Shown here: in pieces, positions 26,201 through 36,954 of the stretch
Position numbering within the stretch: position 1 is the stretch's first letter
Layout of the letters: each line of letters starts with the position of its first letter
Source of the DNA: a virus
Direction: 5' to 3' (one strand)
IMG/VR virus record: IMGVR_UViG_3300012953_000017
Span: 55,920 to 119,919 of that record
DNA: 64,000 nt
The notes under the pieces: model-generated
What the model was told of the DNA's origin: nothing
The model's input: only the letters and a program-made list of their open reading frames with translations
Databases searched by the model: none
Made by a program: the position numbers and the translations under genes

Positions 26201-26425
26201 TTGCCGTATAAGATCACAGGTTAAAGTGCCGCCTTCAGTTATTTCCATTAAAGATTGAACAACTGGATTTTTTTCATGAAAAGTTAAAGGAATATTTTTT
26301 GCAGCAACAGGCAGACCTTCAAATTGCTTTTGAGCTAACATTGCGGCTGCATTTGCTGTAGATGAGACTGCTCCGAAGAATCTTCCTAGTTGTTCTGTAG
26401 CTTCTTCCAATTTTGTCTTAATCAT
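23261..26425 (-). CDS. baseplate hub / tail protein
   Basis: Position after tape measure and LysM-like gene; LLIEYGWS and YAVTGIDHSI..G.FTT motifs of gp27/VgrG-like hubs. Confidence 0.65.
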   Translation of the reverse strand: MIKTKLEEATEQLGRFFGAVSSTANAAAMLAQKQFEGLPVAAKNIPLTFHEKNPVVQSLMEITEGGTLTCDLIRQYETWASGQETDDGMTAEDARKMLRVVYDGHDDFSSDDKAPIIHDKSKMDDQGTGLPEGQNVYSMNRMLGIASPDASEDNEAPVNSKPTSPRAPHAPAISCYQVFPVNFNISSRDTGAITLFLNCIPSIEMSRCVPVIDISVISKVAPLAADAENKYGRIQALSLGQFILGNAAVKMGSANYTLAGAVDSEILKDYQSGQAQADPSATDAQNADAKAKAVAPGIASAGMELFTSPQTLVPGDEIHYEYDDPAWQDVNTKIEGEPDDGLKLTSGGKRAAPIVDRFRPFMTLGDLSINVAPSTGMMAYKSASLKITLHDRSRLAEIAPLVKPDMFGMVQLLIEYGWSHPDNAIHAEGIRIHGSPFGWFLGNLRCKEKYQVVNSSFSFTEEGQVEIDLKLAMMGGNDMHTVNIGRGGKVEEQVDVINKLTSAISLLRRKVSGAGGGSAQTKGFDFLGAASSTSRAVSLDKETMKKIKKFIQTNRGKDSGSDMGQLRDSLTTLYGPKADGKGGAMASLKDTIQQEVQRKMKLLKETEDPWLCNLDTKDLKIDKEKKKRKYVSLGKIFSVFLGLPISSTGKYDEMQFIFYCFNAKASYMKDYNIAQFPIAIDDFETMFKEETKTTANLPIRKFMSFMNSAFLSYPGAPGYGMTKIYSKRDKEDLKKAKVSKKFEDETKLFNKKQEILAHAYGEAGTQQFKKPQIQVRVECVPQRPDPTQAESGDQGDPGSQPSGGERSILRMHIYDSQATSYETVGQMLEAATKDSIGVISKDAAKVAREGSANSEHQKMFKEHLKSAVSDGLLEALPINTGATANELSVEEFPQPNFRIKGGFPALKKWVSTTMPTIIYGGSASGVIKASVQSINNPQLATINMQRQGFGSPQDPQGSRDAGVPMRISPTEMTLETFGCPLFNFGQQFFVDFGTGTSADNVYAVTGIDHSIGQGTFTTNVKMIQLDTYGKYEGLIGNVQKALTVIADHDAGSQE

Positions 26426-26724
26426 TATCCCACCAGTGCTTCTATTTGTCCTATATGCGTAGGAATCTTAACTAATGTGCCGGGAGGAGACTGAAGAGCC
26501 CAGCCGATTCCGCTGGCAGCTGCAATAACCCACCACAATTCTGCACTTCCTAAAAATTTTCCAGCTAACACATCTAACCGCTCGCCTTCTTTTAATACGT
26601 GCTCTCTGTAAGAAATTCTATTAAGCTGAATGGCTCTGCGAATTGCATAGCACACACGTGAAGTTCCAATTTTTCTTCCTCCTGCAATAAGAGGAACTCT
26701 TCTATACCTGTCTATTCTTGACAT
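26425..26724 (-). CDS. LysM-like baseplate wedge protein (gp53/tail X type)
   Basis: GERLDVLAGKFLGSAELWWVIAAA...PPG..VKIP. Confidence 0.8.
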   Translation of the reverse strand: MSRIDRYRRVPLIAGGRKIGTSRVCYAIRRAIQLNRISYREHVLKEGERLDVLAGKFLGSAELWWVIAAASGIGWALQSPPGTLVKIPTHIGQIEALVG

Positions 26725-26730
26725 AATGTA

Positions 26731-29700
26731 TTATCCTAACCCTGGTATGTTTACTCCGCCACTTGATCCTTTGTCTTCTGTTTCTGGTTCGATTGAAGGA
26801 TCTTTTGTCTTCTTGTCTTCGCTAGCAAAGTATGTGTTGTGTCTTGCAGATTCGTTTCTAGCATTATCGTGATAAGGATCTCCTCCAATCTCTTCAACAA
26901 TCCTTCCAACATTATACGCCGGTGCGCGCATGGCCCCTTGGTGGTCTAGGCCTAGTGGTATATCGTGTATTGGGTCAAAGCTAATTGAAACTTTGCACCA
27001 CTGAGGTGCTCTTCTTCCTTGTTCTATATCCCATGTAGATTCTCCCCAGTCAAAAGAAAGTGCAGTTATTACACCTGCCATTCCTCTTCCTCTTGTAGAC
27101 TCAAATGCTTTGACTATAAAGTTTTCCTTAGGAGTAAAAAAATTATTTGTCTTGTTAATGGTGTCATTATCGCTAGGGTCAGCTGAGCCTGCTCCGGTCG
27201 GAGGTCCTCCTGGCTCTTGCCCGGCCGATTGCATCTCGTTGGACCAAGTCTTGTTCATTGTTTCTTTATGCAATGTCTCTATTTGATCATGATATAAAAC
27301 GAGATGCTTGTATTTCTTCGTGTATTTATCAGGCAACCACTTTGTTGCTTCAGGGTCAGTTAGCTCGCATATATATTTTACCTTTCTTCTTTTTTTGGAA
27401 GTTGGCTCCCCCTTATTAGATAAGGCAAATTTTTGCTTTTCAGATTTTGATATTCTAACTTTTTTATCATGCCACAAAAACCCGGTTACTTTAAGCTTTA
27501 GGAGTGTGGTTTTTAGACTCTTTTTCCATGGAGTTTTTTTAACTCTAGTTCCGTCGGAATCTCTTACTTTAACTTTTATTCCTGGCTTGCTGACAACTAT
27601 ATCTCCTTTTTGATAGCCGATTTCCGGAAAAGAAGAGTTGCCTTCAAAGCCCATCCCAAATGCGTCGCCGACGTTGAAGCCTATGCCTCCTGTATTTCCT
27701 CCTGCGTCAGGATCAAGAGGTTCTGTATTTGCTCTTTTTGTATAGTCCTGCATTATTTTTTTTGATTTGTTAGAAGCCTTAAGCCATGCGGCAACATTCT
27801 CTGATGTTTTGTCGTCAGCAGCTACTTTAAAAGCCTCAGTACCTACACCAAAAAGTCTTGCAAGAGAAAACTTAGAGTAATTCGATTTAATTAAGTCACC
27901 AAATCGAAGTCGTATTAAAGGTGAGGCAGTAGGTATTTGCGAAAACGGTTGTATAAAACCTGAGTCACCTTGAGTCCTCATTTTGCCTCTAGACCACTGT
28001 GGATATACCATTGTTACTAGCTTATTAATGTCCCACCACATTCTATCAAAATCTTCTGAAGAAGTTGCAACCACAGTAAAGTCAATCCCTATGGACCTTT
28101 CAGTTTTGTTGTAAATCTTAACACTATCCATTCTTCCATAACCGCTTACTTTTGTGTATTCCGGAGAAAAAGAATCAGATAGAGAGTTTAAGAAAGCATG
28201 AAAAGAAATAATTTCATTTGTTCTTAAATCATGAAAATAAAAAGGCATATATTCTGCCTCTAGAGCGTCTTCTATATACTCAACGTACTCGTTAGAAAGG
28301 CGAGAAGGCATCGCTTTTTCGGTGTCTGCTTTATCAAACTTCATGTGGACATCACCTTGTCCATCTTTGTCAAGCTCAACATGCTTTCCGTCACCTTGAG
28401 CTACTTTGCCAGCCATATGAGCTGTCAACAAAGCACTAGCTGGTGCTCTTCCGGTGGCGTAGTAAGCTGCGTCAAGAGACGCAGGTAATATATACCTACT
28501 TACATTTGATCGATGATTCCACGCTAAGCTATTTGCCCTTAGATAATTTGATTCGTTGGCACCACCAGCAATCCTACTTTTCATTGCTCTAGTTCTAGGA
28601 CTCACAGGCAGTTCGTCCACATCAATGTCTTCTAATCTTGGGTGGCCATGGCGAGCATTTAACACAACATTTCCTATTTTTACCATGGTCATTAAGAATG
28701 TCCATGTCGCAGAAGTAGTTATTGCTTCTACTATTACAAATATTTGTTGTATGCCACCAGTAATTCCTAAAGTAGGTAGCTTAGTAATCAAGTCTGACAC
28801 AGCTTTTGTTATCTGCTCGATATCACGTATCACCTGTCTAAAGATTATTGCGTAATATCCGGGGGCCATGGCTAAATTTAAAGCAGAATCAAGAATTTTC
28901 TGTGGCATGGCAGTTGTCGGATCAAAATTAAAACCACAAAAGCTCATAATTCCATACAACATGCAATTTGAAAAATGGTGATCTATTCTAGGGATTCCAA
29001 ATAGCTCTGCCATGTCTCCGCCGAAATCATCTTTTCTATGAAATCCTTTTGAAAGATTGTTAGGATCGACAGGCTCTTCTTCGTCAGTACCGCTCCAGAA
29101 GCCAGCTGTAATTAAATTGACTAGTGATGAAAACACTAGTAGACCTATTATTCCTGCAACAGCTTGCGTTAACATACCCATAGGCATGGGCCCATTAAAA
29201 GGTTCAAGATAAGAGTTTAAATTTCCGTAAGAAGTAGTAGATAAACCGCCTGAGCCCATAATGCCATGCTCTACTTCATCTAACTCAGAAAGCAATTCTG
29301 CTCTTACTTTAGTTATTTTTTCTGCACCATACGCGTTTTGAGCCCTCATCTCAACAACGCTTTGTTTTACAGCTCCGAGCTGCAGTGTGCTTGGAAGCAC
29401 TACCTGATCAACAGACACACTATCTGGGTTGTCCGATTCAAACCCCAAGCCTATCCCTCCACCGTGACCGGTGGCTCTTATCATTAGAGAAGCCGCTATC
29501 TTTCTAAGGTCGCTCATGTGGACGTCTGGAGCTGTGGGTGAATATTTTCCCATGTCTTTCTGCACAGAATAACCAAACCTGCCGCCTGTTTTTTCAAAAT
29601 TTGTTAAATACGGACTTGACCCTTGCTTAGGGTTGAATCTGTTATTTAGCAGGACATTTGAAATTCTTTTTTGAATTGACGGAGCATTTTTTGGAAGATC

Positions 29701-30291
29701 GTCAACTTTGGCATTGCCGACTTCTTTTGTTGACCCTACTGGTTTTACATTAGGGAGAAGTGTGTGTCCTTTTTTTCTTTCGTTTGCTTTATAAAGCACC
29801 TCACCGGACTCGTCTAAATCATGAAACGGATTTTCTGATGATCCATACTCTCCTTTGCTTGTTACCTTAAATTTAGCTGCGGCGTCGGTGTCATATCCTT
29901 CTACAAGGTCCAAAAAAGCGCCTAGTGTGGTTCCGGCACTCTCAAATTGTTTTACAGCAGCGGATGGTGCAGACTTTCCAGCCACTACCAGTTCTGTAGG
30001 TACACCTGTCTGTCTATTGTATAGCTGCATCTCAGAAGAGTCACCTTCTAAGGAGAAAGCATTAGCAGAAGGCGAGTTTGGAAGATTTCCTTTACTCATT
30101 TCAGACAGAAAGTTTCCTAAGGTTTTACGTGCTTCTAGGGAAAGATCTCTACTGTTCTGGACCAAAAGATATTCATCGCGAGGGCCTTCTTTGTCACCTG
30201 GTGGAAACCCGGGCACATAACTAGTCTTTGGTTCAAACCCTAGTTTAGATTCCTGAGTTGTTCCTGCACCTTTTCCGTTTTCAGAGGCCAT
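26731..30291 (-). CDS. large baseplate / tube-initiator protein
   Basis: AFLNSLSDSFSPE...YGRMD...YNKTERSIGIDF tube-initiator-like domain; PLIRLRFGDL; synteny. Confidence 0.65.
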   Translation of the reverse strand: MASENGKGAGTTQESKLGFEPKTSYVPGFPPGDKEGPRDEYLLVQNSRDLSLEARKTLGNFLSEMSKGNLPNSPSANAFSLEGDSSEMQLYNRQTGVPTELVVAGKSAPSAAVKQFESAGTTLGAFLDLVEGYDTDAAAKFKVTSKGEYGSSENPFHDLDESGEVLYKANERKKGHTLLPNVKPVGSTKEVGNAKVDDLPKNAPSIQKRISNVLLNNRFNPKQGSSPYLTNFEKTGGRFGYSVQKDMGKYSPTAPDVHMSDLRKIAASLMIRATGHGGGIGLGFESDNPDSVSVDQVVLPSTLQLGAVKQSVVEMRAQNAYGAEKITKVRAELLSELDEVEHGIMGSGGLSTTSYGNLNSYLEPFNGPMPMGMLTQAVAGIIGLLVFSSLVNLITAGFWSGTDEEEPVDPNNLSKGFHRKDDFGGDMAELFGIPRIDHHFSNCMLYGIMSFCGFNFDPTTAMPQKILDSALNLAMAPGYYAIIFRQVIRDIEQITKAVSDLITKLPTLGITGGIQQIFVIVEAITTSATWTFLMTMVKIGNVVLNARHGHPRLEDIDVDELPVSPRTRAMKSRIAGGANESNYLRANSLAWNHRSNVSRYILPASLDAAYYATGRAPASALLTAHMAGKVAQGDGKHVELDKDGQGDVHMKFDKADTEKAMPSRLSNEYVEYIEDALEAEYMPFYFHDLRTNEIISFHAFLNSLSDSFSPEYTKVSGYGRMDSVKIYNKTERSIGIDFTVVATSSEDFDRMWWDINKLVTMVYPQWSRGKMRTQGDSGFIQPFSQIPTASPLIRLRFGDLIKSNYSKFSLARLFGVGTEAFKVAADDKTSENVAAWLKASNKSKKIMQDYTKRANTEPLDPDAGGNTGGIGFNVGDAFGMGFEGNSSFPEIGYQKGDIVVSKPGIKVKVRDSDGTRVKKTPWKKSLKTTLLKLKVTGFLWHDKKVRISKSEKQKFALSNKGEPTSKKRRKVKYICELTDPEATKWLPDKYTKKYKHLVLYHDQIETLHKETMNKTWSNEMQSAGQEPGGPPTGAGSADPSDNDTINKTNNFFTPKENFIVKAFESTRGRGMAGVITALSFDWGESTWDIEQGRRAPQWCKVSISFDPIHDIPLGLDHQGAMRAPAYNVGRIVEEIGGDPYHDNARNESARHNTYFASEDKKTKDPSIEPETEDKGSSGGVNIPGLG

Positions 30292-30304
30292 ATCTTCTCC
30301 TTAG

Positions 30305-30637
30305 CTATTCTGTTGCTAAACCAGCTTTTTGAAGTCTTTTGTTAAGCTCATTTTTAACTGCTGACGCTGCTTCTTTGTCTGTTTCGGCCATTTTTAGCAT
30401 ATGTGATACTAAGTCTGCAGGAGCTAAAGTCTTGGATATTAAATCTTCAGCTTCTTCTTTTTGATCTTCTTTAAAATTTGACATTAGCTGATACACAAGA
30501 AAAGCAGGCGTCCCAGGAGTCAATTTTTCAGAAACAAAACTTTTGTATGTTTTACCTAGGTCAGGTGACAAACATTCTTGGTCAGATTTCTCAGAGTCTT
30601 TATTAAGCTCATTTAGTGTTTTATTGTTATTTTCCAT
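30305..30637 (-). CDS. hypothetical protein
   Basis: ORF between tape measure and baseplate genes. Confidence 0.65.
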   Translation of the reverse strand: MENNNKTLNELNKDSEKSDQECLSPDLGKTYKSFVSEKLTPGTPAFLVYQLMSNFKEDQKEEAEDLISKTLAPADLVSHMLKMAETDKEAASAVKNELNKRLQKAGLATE

Positions 30638-30647
30638 TTATAAATAC

Positions 30648-33600
30648 CTATGTGCTAACAACCAGCTTACCTGTTTTAGCTAGTTTTGTAGCTAGTTGAT
30701 CTGCATTTAACTTCACATCAATATGAAGCTCAATTTTGTCAGGAATTCCTGTAACCTTTACAGTTCCGGCCTTTCCAATTTTGTCTACAACTTGCACAGC
30801 GCTAGACAAAGTTCTTGAATTACCTACACCCTTTAAAGTGTCTTTAAGTTTATCAAAGTCTGCCTGTAATGTCGCTAGCTTTGACTCGACCATGTCAGGC
30901 ATACTGTTAAGTGCCATAATAAATGGTGTCAACCCTTGATTGATAAAGTCGCCAAAGTTCTTAAACGCATCTTTAGGAAATTTACCTCTAGACTTAAGTC
31001 CACCAAAGTCTGTGACTATTGACTGAATCTTTTCTTTGTTGTTTGTAATGATTCCCGATATTCTTTCCAGAAGCGGTCCTACTCCGCCGGCGGCGCCTGC
31101 TGAAGCCTCAAAACTTTTTAGCTTTTTCATTGCTTCAACAAAGTGTCCTACTGACTCAAAAACACCTGATAAAGCTTTGATGTCTCTACGATATTTGCCT
31201 ATCCCTCTTAAGTCTCCGCCACGCTTAAACATTCCGACAATGGCTCCAGCCAGAGCGGGCAAGAAAATTGCAATTGGAACTACTAGGTCTGCGATAGTCC
31301 CGAACACATCGGGTTTTACATCTGGTGCAGTTTTCGGCATTATTCCTTGAATAGAAGCAAGCGCTGAGGCGAAAGAAGCAACAGCCTCCATTACTTTTCC
31401 TACAACTTCCATCTTTCTGCCTGCGTTTTTTGGATTTTTTATCTCTATAGCTAAAATTTTATTGACTAGCATTGGAAGTTTATCAGCTACAGCATTTGCA
31501 ATTCTCTGAACAGAAGCTATTATCGAAGACAACCGACTTTCGGAAACATATTCAGCGTCTTTGGCAGCAGGCGAAAGGTTCATAATGCTTCCGATAGCAG
31601 TTGCAAAGTCTGCGACTGCACCCATTGCCAGAGAGACTATCTTCATCTGTGCTTCAGCTTGCGCTGGATTGGATATCTTCTTAGCACCTTCTACGATTGC
31701 TGCTACCAGATCAGGTATTCCATATTTTCCGCCGCCGCCCATAAGCCTCTCGATTATAAGATACATCACGCCGCCGCCGCCGAACATTGTTTCTGCGTTT
31801 TTCTTGACTTCTGCCATGTCGTTAGCTTTTGGCATTAAACTCATCATATCTTTGATTGCCTTGCTAAAGTCACCAATAACTTTCATGACTGTAGATATCA
31901 CTTTGAGCCGGGCCTCAGTCGACTGGGGGTCTCCTACATCAATGTTTATAATTGAGCTAACTAGATAAGGTATTGCGGCGCCTATCACTAAGGTCAAAGA
32001 AACAATTACGTCGAGGATTTCACCTAGCCTCTTTGTCATGTTTGTTGCTTGAGAGGGTTCTGGCATCATTCCCATAATGTCAGTCATTGCCTTGACAAAG
32101 TCACCAGCTATTTTAATGGCCATGGACGCAACTTTCATCTTAGGTCCTAGACCTTTCGGATCTGGTATTTTATTTAGCTCAGTTATGATTGCAACTATGC
32201 CTTTTCCTATACCTTCTGCTATAGCGTACACCACAGCTCGATCCATCCATGGACCTCCGTCAACAAATAACCATTGGATGTTTTCGGTCAAGGACTCGCC
32301 AGACTTTTGATATTTTTCAACCATTTCCATAGCATCAGATATGGCCTTTAGTGAGTCGCCTACAACTTGTATGACTTTTGCGACCACATTCATCTTTTTG
32401 CCAAAAGCAGCTGGATCTTTAACAGCAGAATCGACAGCCGTAATCATAGCCTTGACAATTTTAGGTACGGCAGTAGACAAGGCAGTTCCAAGCATGTCCA
32501 TGACATCACCCATTTGGTTCATGACAGTATTAAAATCTGCACCGCCTTTTCCTCTTAATTTGTCCCAGAAGCTTCTGTTCTCTTCTTGAGCAGCCATAGA
32601 CTCAACTATCTTCTTAACCATATCTCCGGCTATTTTTGAGAACACTGCCATCGCATCCATGACTGCTTTAATAACTTTTACTTTTCCTAGCAAGGCGCTT
32701 GTAGCGCCCTCCGGAATCGGTGTGCTGAGAATGGCTGTAACAATCTTAGTGATGCTTCCGGACATGGCAGTCATCACAGCGGTTATAAATTCAGACACTG
32801 CTTTCATTGTCTGCCCGAAGCCTTTGTTGTCCATGTTCGAGAACCAGCTAGACGACCCATTTGCCTCCATTGCCATTTCAACAACACCTACTAAAGGCTC
32901 CATAATGTTGCCAATTAACGTTCCGATCGCTGAAAGGACATCAGCTATTGCAGAAGCAACCTTAGCTTGTTTTGGATCTATTGTCTTCATGGCGCCAATA
33001 ATGACGTCGACTAGGCCACCAATATGTGTGAACAACACGTTCATAAATTCTGACACTGGGCCTAAGACAGAGGCATTTGCTCCGGCTTCTTCGATGGCAC
33101 CTAGTTCAACTTCTGCGAGGTCGGCAGCAACTTGACCTATGGTTCCTACTGTCTCCATTAGGCCTGCGAGGCCTTCCATCGTCGCCTTGAAAGCCTTCGG
33201 GTCAGCTACTTTCATTTGAGCAAATTTTTCAGCTTCAGGTATTATGTGTTCTGCCATCATCGACAAGAACTTTGCAACAAGCTTTATACCTTTTTTCATA
33301 AGCCAACCGCCAATAAACGGTAAAGCAAACGGGAGCATTAATATCGCCGCAAGAGCAACTTGACCCATCACTCTCATGATCACACCCAAAGCTTCAAACC
33401 CAGCTTTTGCAGGGGCTAGGGATGAAAATCCTTCCGCACTAACAAATTCTGAGATTTTAGGAAGAAGATGTTCTGCTATCATTCCTACAAAGGCAGCTGC
33501 AGGATACATCCCGATCATACCCAAGACAGCCAACATACCTGCCACAGCAATAAGAGGCGCTGCAATCATTATGCCTATAGCTATTGGTATTAAGGCTAAG

Positions 33601-36600
33601 AATGCGAGACCTAGTGCCTTCCATGGAATGTCTATGCCGGCGACTTCCTGAAGTGCTGGAAGAAACACATGTGCCATCACCAAGACAAAACCTGCTGCTA
33701 GAACCATTCCTATCATTGCAGGAACCACTACACCCATTAGCGAAGCAGCCGAAGTTGCAATGATAAACATCGACGCTGCAACTGTTGCCATCATCAGGAA
33801 GGCCATTGCAATTTTTTTGAATCCAATGCCTTCCATTACAGCACCAACGGCACCTAATGCTAGTGTAAATGCTATTCCACCCACTGTTATGAGAAGTGCT
33901 GCACCTAGTAAGCCTAACATTGCAGGAACTAATATACCTGGTTGGAGCGGCAGAGTCGCAGCGATCATTACTAGTAAGGCAACTGAAATGATGGCCATGG
34001 CAATAAATGCCAGTGATATCCCTAGGGCATCGGAAGGAGACATCTCTGATGCCAGCGGAGACACCAACAACAGAGCTAACAACATTGGAATAGATGCTAG
34101 GATAAGTGCTGCTGCAGCCACAAGACCCACAGCAGCTTTTATAGCAGCAGATGGGTCAATTTGTTGAGCTGCTTTGGCCATTATTGCCGCAGAAACAGCC
34201 GCTAGTGCCATGGAAGCTAGGCCAACTATAACATCTTTAACGCTTAAGCCTGACATTGAGCTCGCAGCTAGCTTAAGTGCTGTGGAGAATGCAACTATGC
34301 CTACGCCTACCATCAATGCCATGGCTACCATCTTTGGAATGGCTTTTAAGATGCCACCTATAGTGATATATTGCATGGCTTCAACGAAGAACCTTATTGC
34401 ACTTAAACCTGTGGCCATGCCGTACATGTATCCCACAAACTTAAGCACATTGACGCCAGAAAGGGCTTTATACACGCCTAGCAACACAACTTGGACAAAC
34501 ATGATGAATGCAGGTGCAAACAGTGCATTCATTAGCATAAGTTTACCAGCTGCTTTTGCAATGTCACCTGCAGGGAGTGCACCCAACCCCTTAAAGAATC
34601 CGCCTAAAGATTTTGTAAGTCCAGGCCCAGGGAGTTTTGGAGATTTAAGAGCAGCACCTTTAAAGACTGTCCCGAAAAATCCCGCCACTGCTTTAATAAG
34701 AAGTGTTACTAAGCCACCTTTGAGCGCGCTCATAAACGCTGTGATTAATAGCTTAGTAAGCATTACCTTTAATATGACTTTACTTACTTTTGTAACAATA
34801 GGTTTTGCTTTTTCCCATACTGCTGTAAAGAAAGTTTTTAGTGCTTCAATTACAGGCGGCAGTACTTTTTCTTTAAGTACCGTGAATAGCTCAATGAAGG
34901 CTGCTTTTAGTTTATCACGGGCGTCTTTCATACCCTGGGACATCTCAGGAGGATTTCTAATTTTTTCAGCGATCTTTTTAAAGAGCTTGGCGAAACCCTT
35001 AACAGCCATCATGCCTATGACTTTGAGTACGGCTCCCATTGTCTTAAGAAATGTGCCTAAGCCTTTCTTGAACTCACCTGCTGCACCTTTTCTGTCGCTA
35101 AAGAACTCTCCGAACGCTTTCTTGAGCCCTTCTATGAACTTTTCTGTGCCGGCCTTAGGGTCAGTCTTAATATCAGTAAAGAATTGCTTAAACAGATCCT
35201 TGACTTTACCCATCAGCTTCTTAAAGTGCTTAGGATCGAACAGGCCTTGAAGGCCTTTCATCATCTGCTTCACACCCGGAAACATCTCAACAAACATTTT
35301 ACCAATCTCTTTACCTGCCTTGTAGACAACTTTAAGAGATTTTCGAATGTTTCTCATGACCTTTCGGAAATCTTTTGACTTTTTAATTCCTTTGGTGAAG
35401 CCTTGCACAAATGCATCAAAAAAGCTTTTGAAAGTTTTTCCGCCGCCGCCGCCGCCGAAAGTCTTAGCAATATTATCAGAAAGCTCTTTCATGGCTTCAG
35501 CTTGAGTTAGCTGTTTTTCTTCATTTTCTCCAGCTGCTGCTGAAAGTTCTTCATAAGATAGGCCTTGCTTATCTGCAGCGAAAGCGGCATCGAGAGCTGC
35601 ACCGTTGAGGCCGGTTTGAGTTTCAAGAAGTTTTCTCTCAGCGGCGGACATATCCTTAATTGATTTGCCCGCGTTGTGGAATCCTTTTCTTAACTCATCA
35701 ATTGCTGAAGCTCCTCCCTTCATGAGTTCCATGGAGTCGACGGTCATTCCGAACGCTTGCTGTAGCTGTGCAGCACCTTGGGCGGCGTCTTCGAAGTTTA
35801 AGAATTTATCTGTTACAGCACCTAGATCTTTAATTTCAATGCCGAGCTTGGCAGCATATGTTGCTGTGGCTGCCAGTTCCTTCTTGGAAAGGTGACCAAA
35901 CTGAGATACAGCTTTCACCATCTCAGACATGTTCTTGCCGATAACCTTAGAAGACACTCCGAATTGCTTGCCCATCAATACAGCTTGTGACGCCATTGCG
36001 TCCATGGCTTTGACTGGGTCATCTCCCATCGCCTTGAAGTGTTTCATCATGGCGGCAGTACCCTCAGCAGAACCTGTGAGGCCTTTGGTGTACATTGCTA
36101 GTGCAACAGCATTTTCTTTAAAGGCGCCGGTCATGCTATTAAGCGCCGGACCGAGAGCTGTGGCTACTTCATGGACAGCTTTCATCGCTTCAGCGACTCC
36201 GCCCTTTCCTGCACCAAAGACCTGCCGAACTGAAAGGCCTGTACCGGCAAGATCTTTCATCTGGCCTTTGATCTGCCCTAAAGAAGATGCTACTGCCTGT
36301 CCTTCATTTGACGCTAACGAGCCGAACTCGCCTCTGATGGCTTCTAACTCGACTTTAATGGGACTAGGCCCACCACCGCCGCCGGATTGTGCCATTCCTA
36401 TCAGGCCACTCATCATCTTAAATGGGATTGAAACAACAGCTTTACCTACATTGAAAAGAGACTTTGTCACATTTCCAATGCTTTTTGCTAAACCTTTTAT
36501 TTGTTTGACTGCGCTTCTAACGCCTGAAACGATACCTACGCCAAAACCTACAGCGGCTACCTTTGCAGCATTTAAGCCGTCTACGACACCTTTTTGTACT

Positions 36601-36896
36601 GACTTACCTGCTTTTTCAGCTTCTTTGGCGCCTTTAGCCATCCCGTCACTTGTTGAAGTTCCGGCTTTGTCTGCTTCGTCAGCAACTTGTGAGAGACTTT
36701 GCTGTATCTCTCCTAGGCGATCATTCATACCTTCGAGTTCATTACACTCTAATGCATTACACAGCTCAGCTGCTAGCTGGATCTGTGCGCTTATCTCTTT
36801 TGTGTTTTTAGATAACAGACCCGCGCGCTGCTGCAGGGCTTTATTAATGTCCTGCTGCATTTTTAATTGTGCGCCTAGATCTTCATTTGTCGCCAT
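30648..36896 (-). CDS. tail tape measure protein
   Basis: 2082 aa, Ala/Gly/Lys-rich helical with a long hydrophobic central region; downstream of tube and chaperone genes. Confidence 0.9.
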   Translation of the reverse strand: MATNEDLGAQLKMQQDINKALQQRAGLLSKNTKEISAQIQLAAELCNALECNELEGMNDRLGEIQQSLSQVADEADKAGTSTSDGMAKGAKEAEKAGKSVQKGVVDGLNAAKVAAVGFGVGIVSGVRSAVKQIKGLAKSIGNVTKSLFNVGKAVVSIPFKMMSGLIGMAQSGGGGGPSPIKVELEAIRGEFGSLASNEGQAVASSLGQIKGQMKDLAGTGLSVRQVFGAGKGGVAEAMKAVHEVATALGPALNSMTGAFKENAVALAMYTKGLTGSAEGTAAMMKHFKAMGDDPVKAMDAMASQAVLMGKQFGVSSKVIGKNMSEMVKAVSQFGHLSKKELAATATYAAKLGIEIKDLGAVTDKFLNFEDAAQGAAQLQQAFGMTVDSMELMKGGASAIDELRKGFHNAGKSIKDMSAAERKLLETQTGLNGAALDAAFAADKQGLSYEELSAAAGENEEKQLTQAEAMKELSDNIAKTFGGGGGGKTFKSFFDAFVQGFTKGIKKSKDFRKVMRNIRKSLKVVYKAGKEIGKMFVEMFPGVKQMMKGLQGLFDPKHFKKLMGKVKDLFKQFFTDIKTDPKAGTEKFIEGLKKAFGEFFSDRKGAAGEFKKGLGTFLKTMGAVLKVIGMMAVKGFAKLFKKIAEKIRNPPEMSQGMKDARDKLKAAFIELFTVLKEKVLPPVIEALKTFFTAVWEKAKPIVTKVSKVILKVMLTKLLITAFMSALKGGLVTLLIKAVAGFFGTVFKGAALKSPKLPGPGLTKSLGGFFKGLGALPAGDIAKAAGKLMLMNALFAPAFIMFVQVVLLGVYKALSGVNVLKFVGYMYGMATGLSAIRFFVEAMQYITIGGILKAIPKMVAMALMVGVGIVAFSTALKLAASSMSGLSVKDVIVGLASMALAAVSAAIMAKAAQQIDPSAAIKAAVGLVAAAALILASIPMLLALLLVSPLASEMSPSDALGISLAFIAMAIISVALLVMIAATLPLQPGILVPAMLGLLGAALLITVGGIAFTLALGAVGAVMEGIGFKKIAMAFLMMATVAASMFIIATSAASLMGVVVPAMIGMVLAAGFVLVMAHVFLPALQEVAGIDIPWKALGLAFLALIPIAIGIMIAAPLIAVAGMLAVLGMIGMYPAAAFVGMIAEHLLPKISEFVSAEGFSSLAPAKAGFEALGVIMRVMGQVALAAILMLPFALPFIGGWLMKKGIKLVAKFLSMMAEHIIPEAEKFAQMKVADPKAFKATMEGLAGLMETVGTIGQVAADLAEVELGAIEEAGANASVLGPVSEFMNVLFTHIGGLVDVIIGAMKTIDPKQAKVASAIADVLSAIGTLIGNIMEPLVGVVEMAMEANGSSSWFSNMDNKGFGQTMKAVSEFITAVMTAMSGSITKIVTAILSTPIPEGATSALLGKVKVIKAVMDAMAVFSKIAGDMVKKIVESMAAQEENRSFWDKLRGKGGADFNTVMNQMGDVMDMLGTALSTAVPKIVKAMITAVDSAVKDPAAFGKKMNVVAKVIQVVGDSLKAISDAMEMVEKYQKSGESLTENIQWLFVDGGPWMDRAVVYAIAEGIGKGIVAIITELNKIPDPKGLGPKMKVASMAIKIAGDFVKAMTDIMGMMPEPSQATNMTKRLGEILDVIVSLTLVIGAAIPYLVSSIINIDVGDPQSTEARLKVISTVMKVIGDFSKAIKDMMSLMPKANDMAEVKKNAETMFGGGGVMYLIIERLMGGGGKYGIPDLVAAIVEGAKKISNPAQAEAQMKIVSLAMGAVADFATAIGSIMNLSPAAKDAEYVSESRLSSIIASVQRIANAVADKLPMLVNKILAIEIKNPKNAGRKMEVVGKVMEAVASFASALASIQGIMPKTAPDVKPDVFGTIADLVVPIAIFLPALAGAIVGMFKRGGDLRGIGKYRRDIKALSGVFESVGHFVEAMKKLKSFEASAGAAGGVGPLLERISGIITNNKEKIQSIVTDFGGLKSRGKFPKDAFKNFGDFINQGLTPFIMALNSMPDMVESKLATLQADFDKLKDTLKGVGNSRTLSSAVQVVDKIGKAGTVKVTGIPDKIELHIDVKLNADQLATKLAKTGKLVVST

Positions 36897-36925
36897 GACT
36901 GTTACCTACACTTTTCTATATAACC

Positions 36926-36932
36926 TAAATAT
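36926..36932 (-). promoter_or_regulatory. putative late promoter motif ATATTTA (tape measure)
   Basis: Recurrent motif, intergenic. Confidence 0.6.
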
Positions 36933-36954
36933 GGCTATAATCAATTTTCGTAGG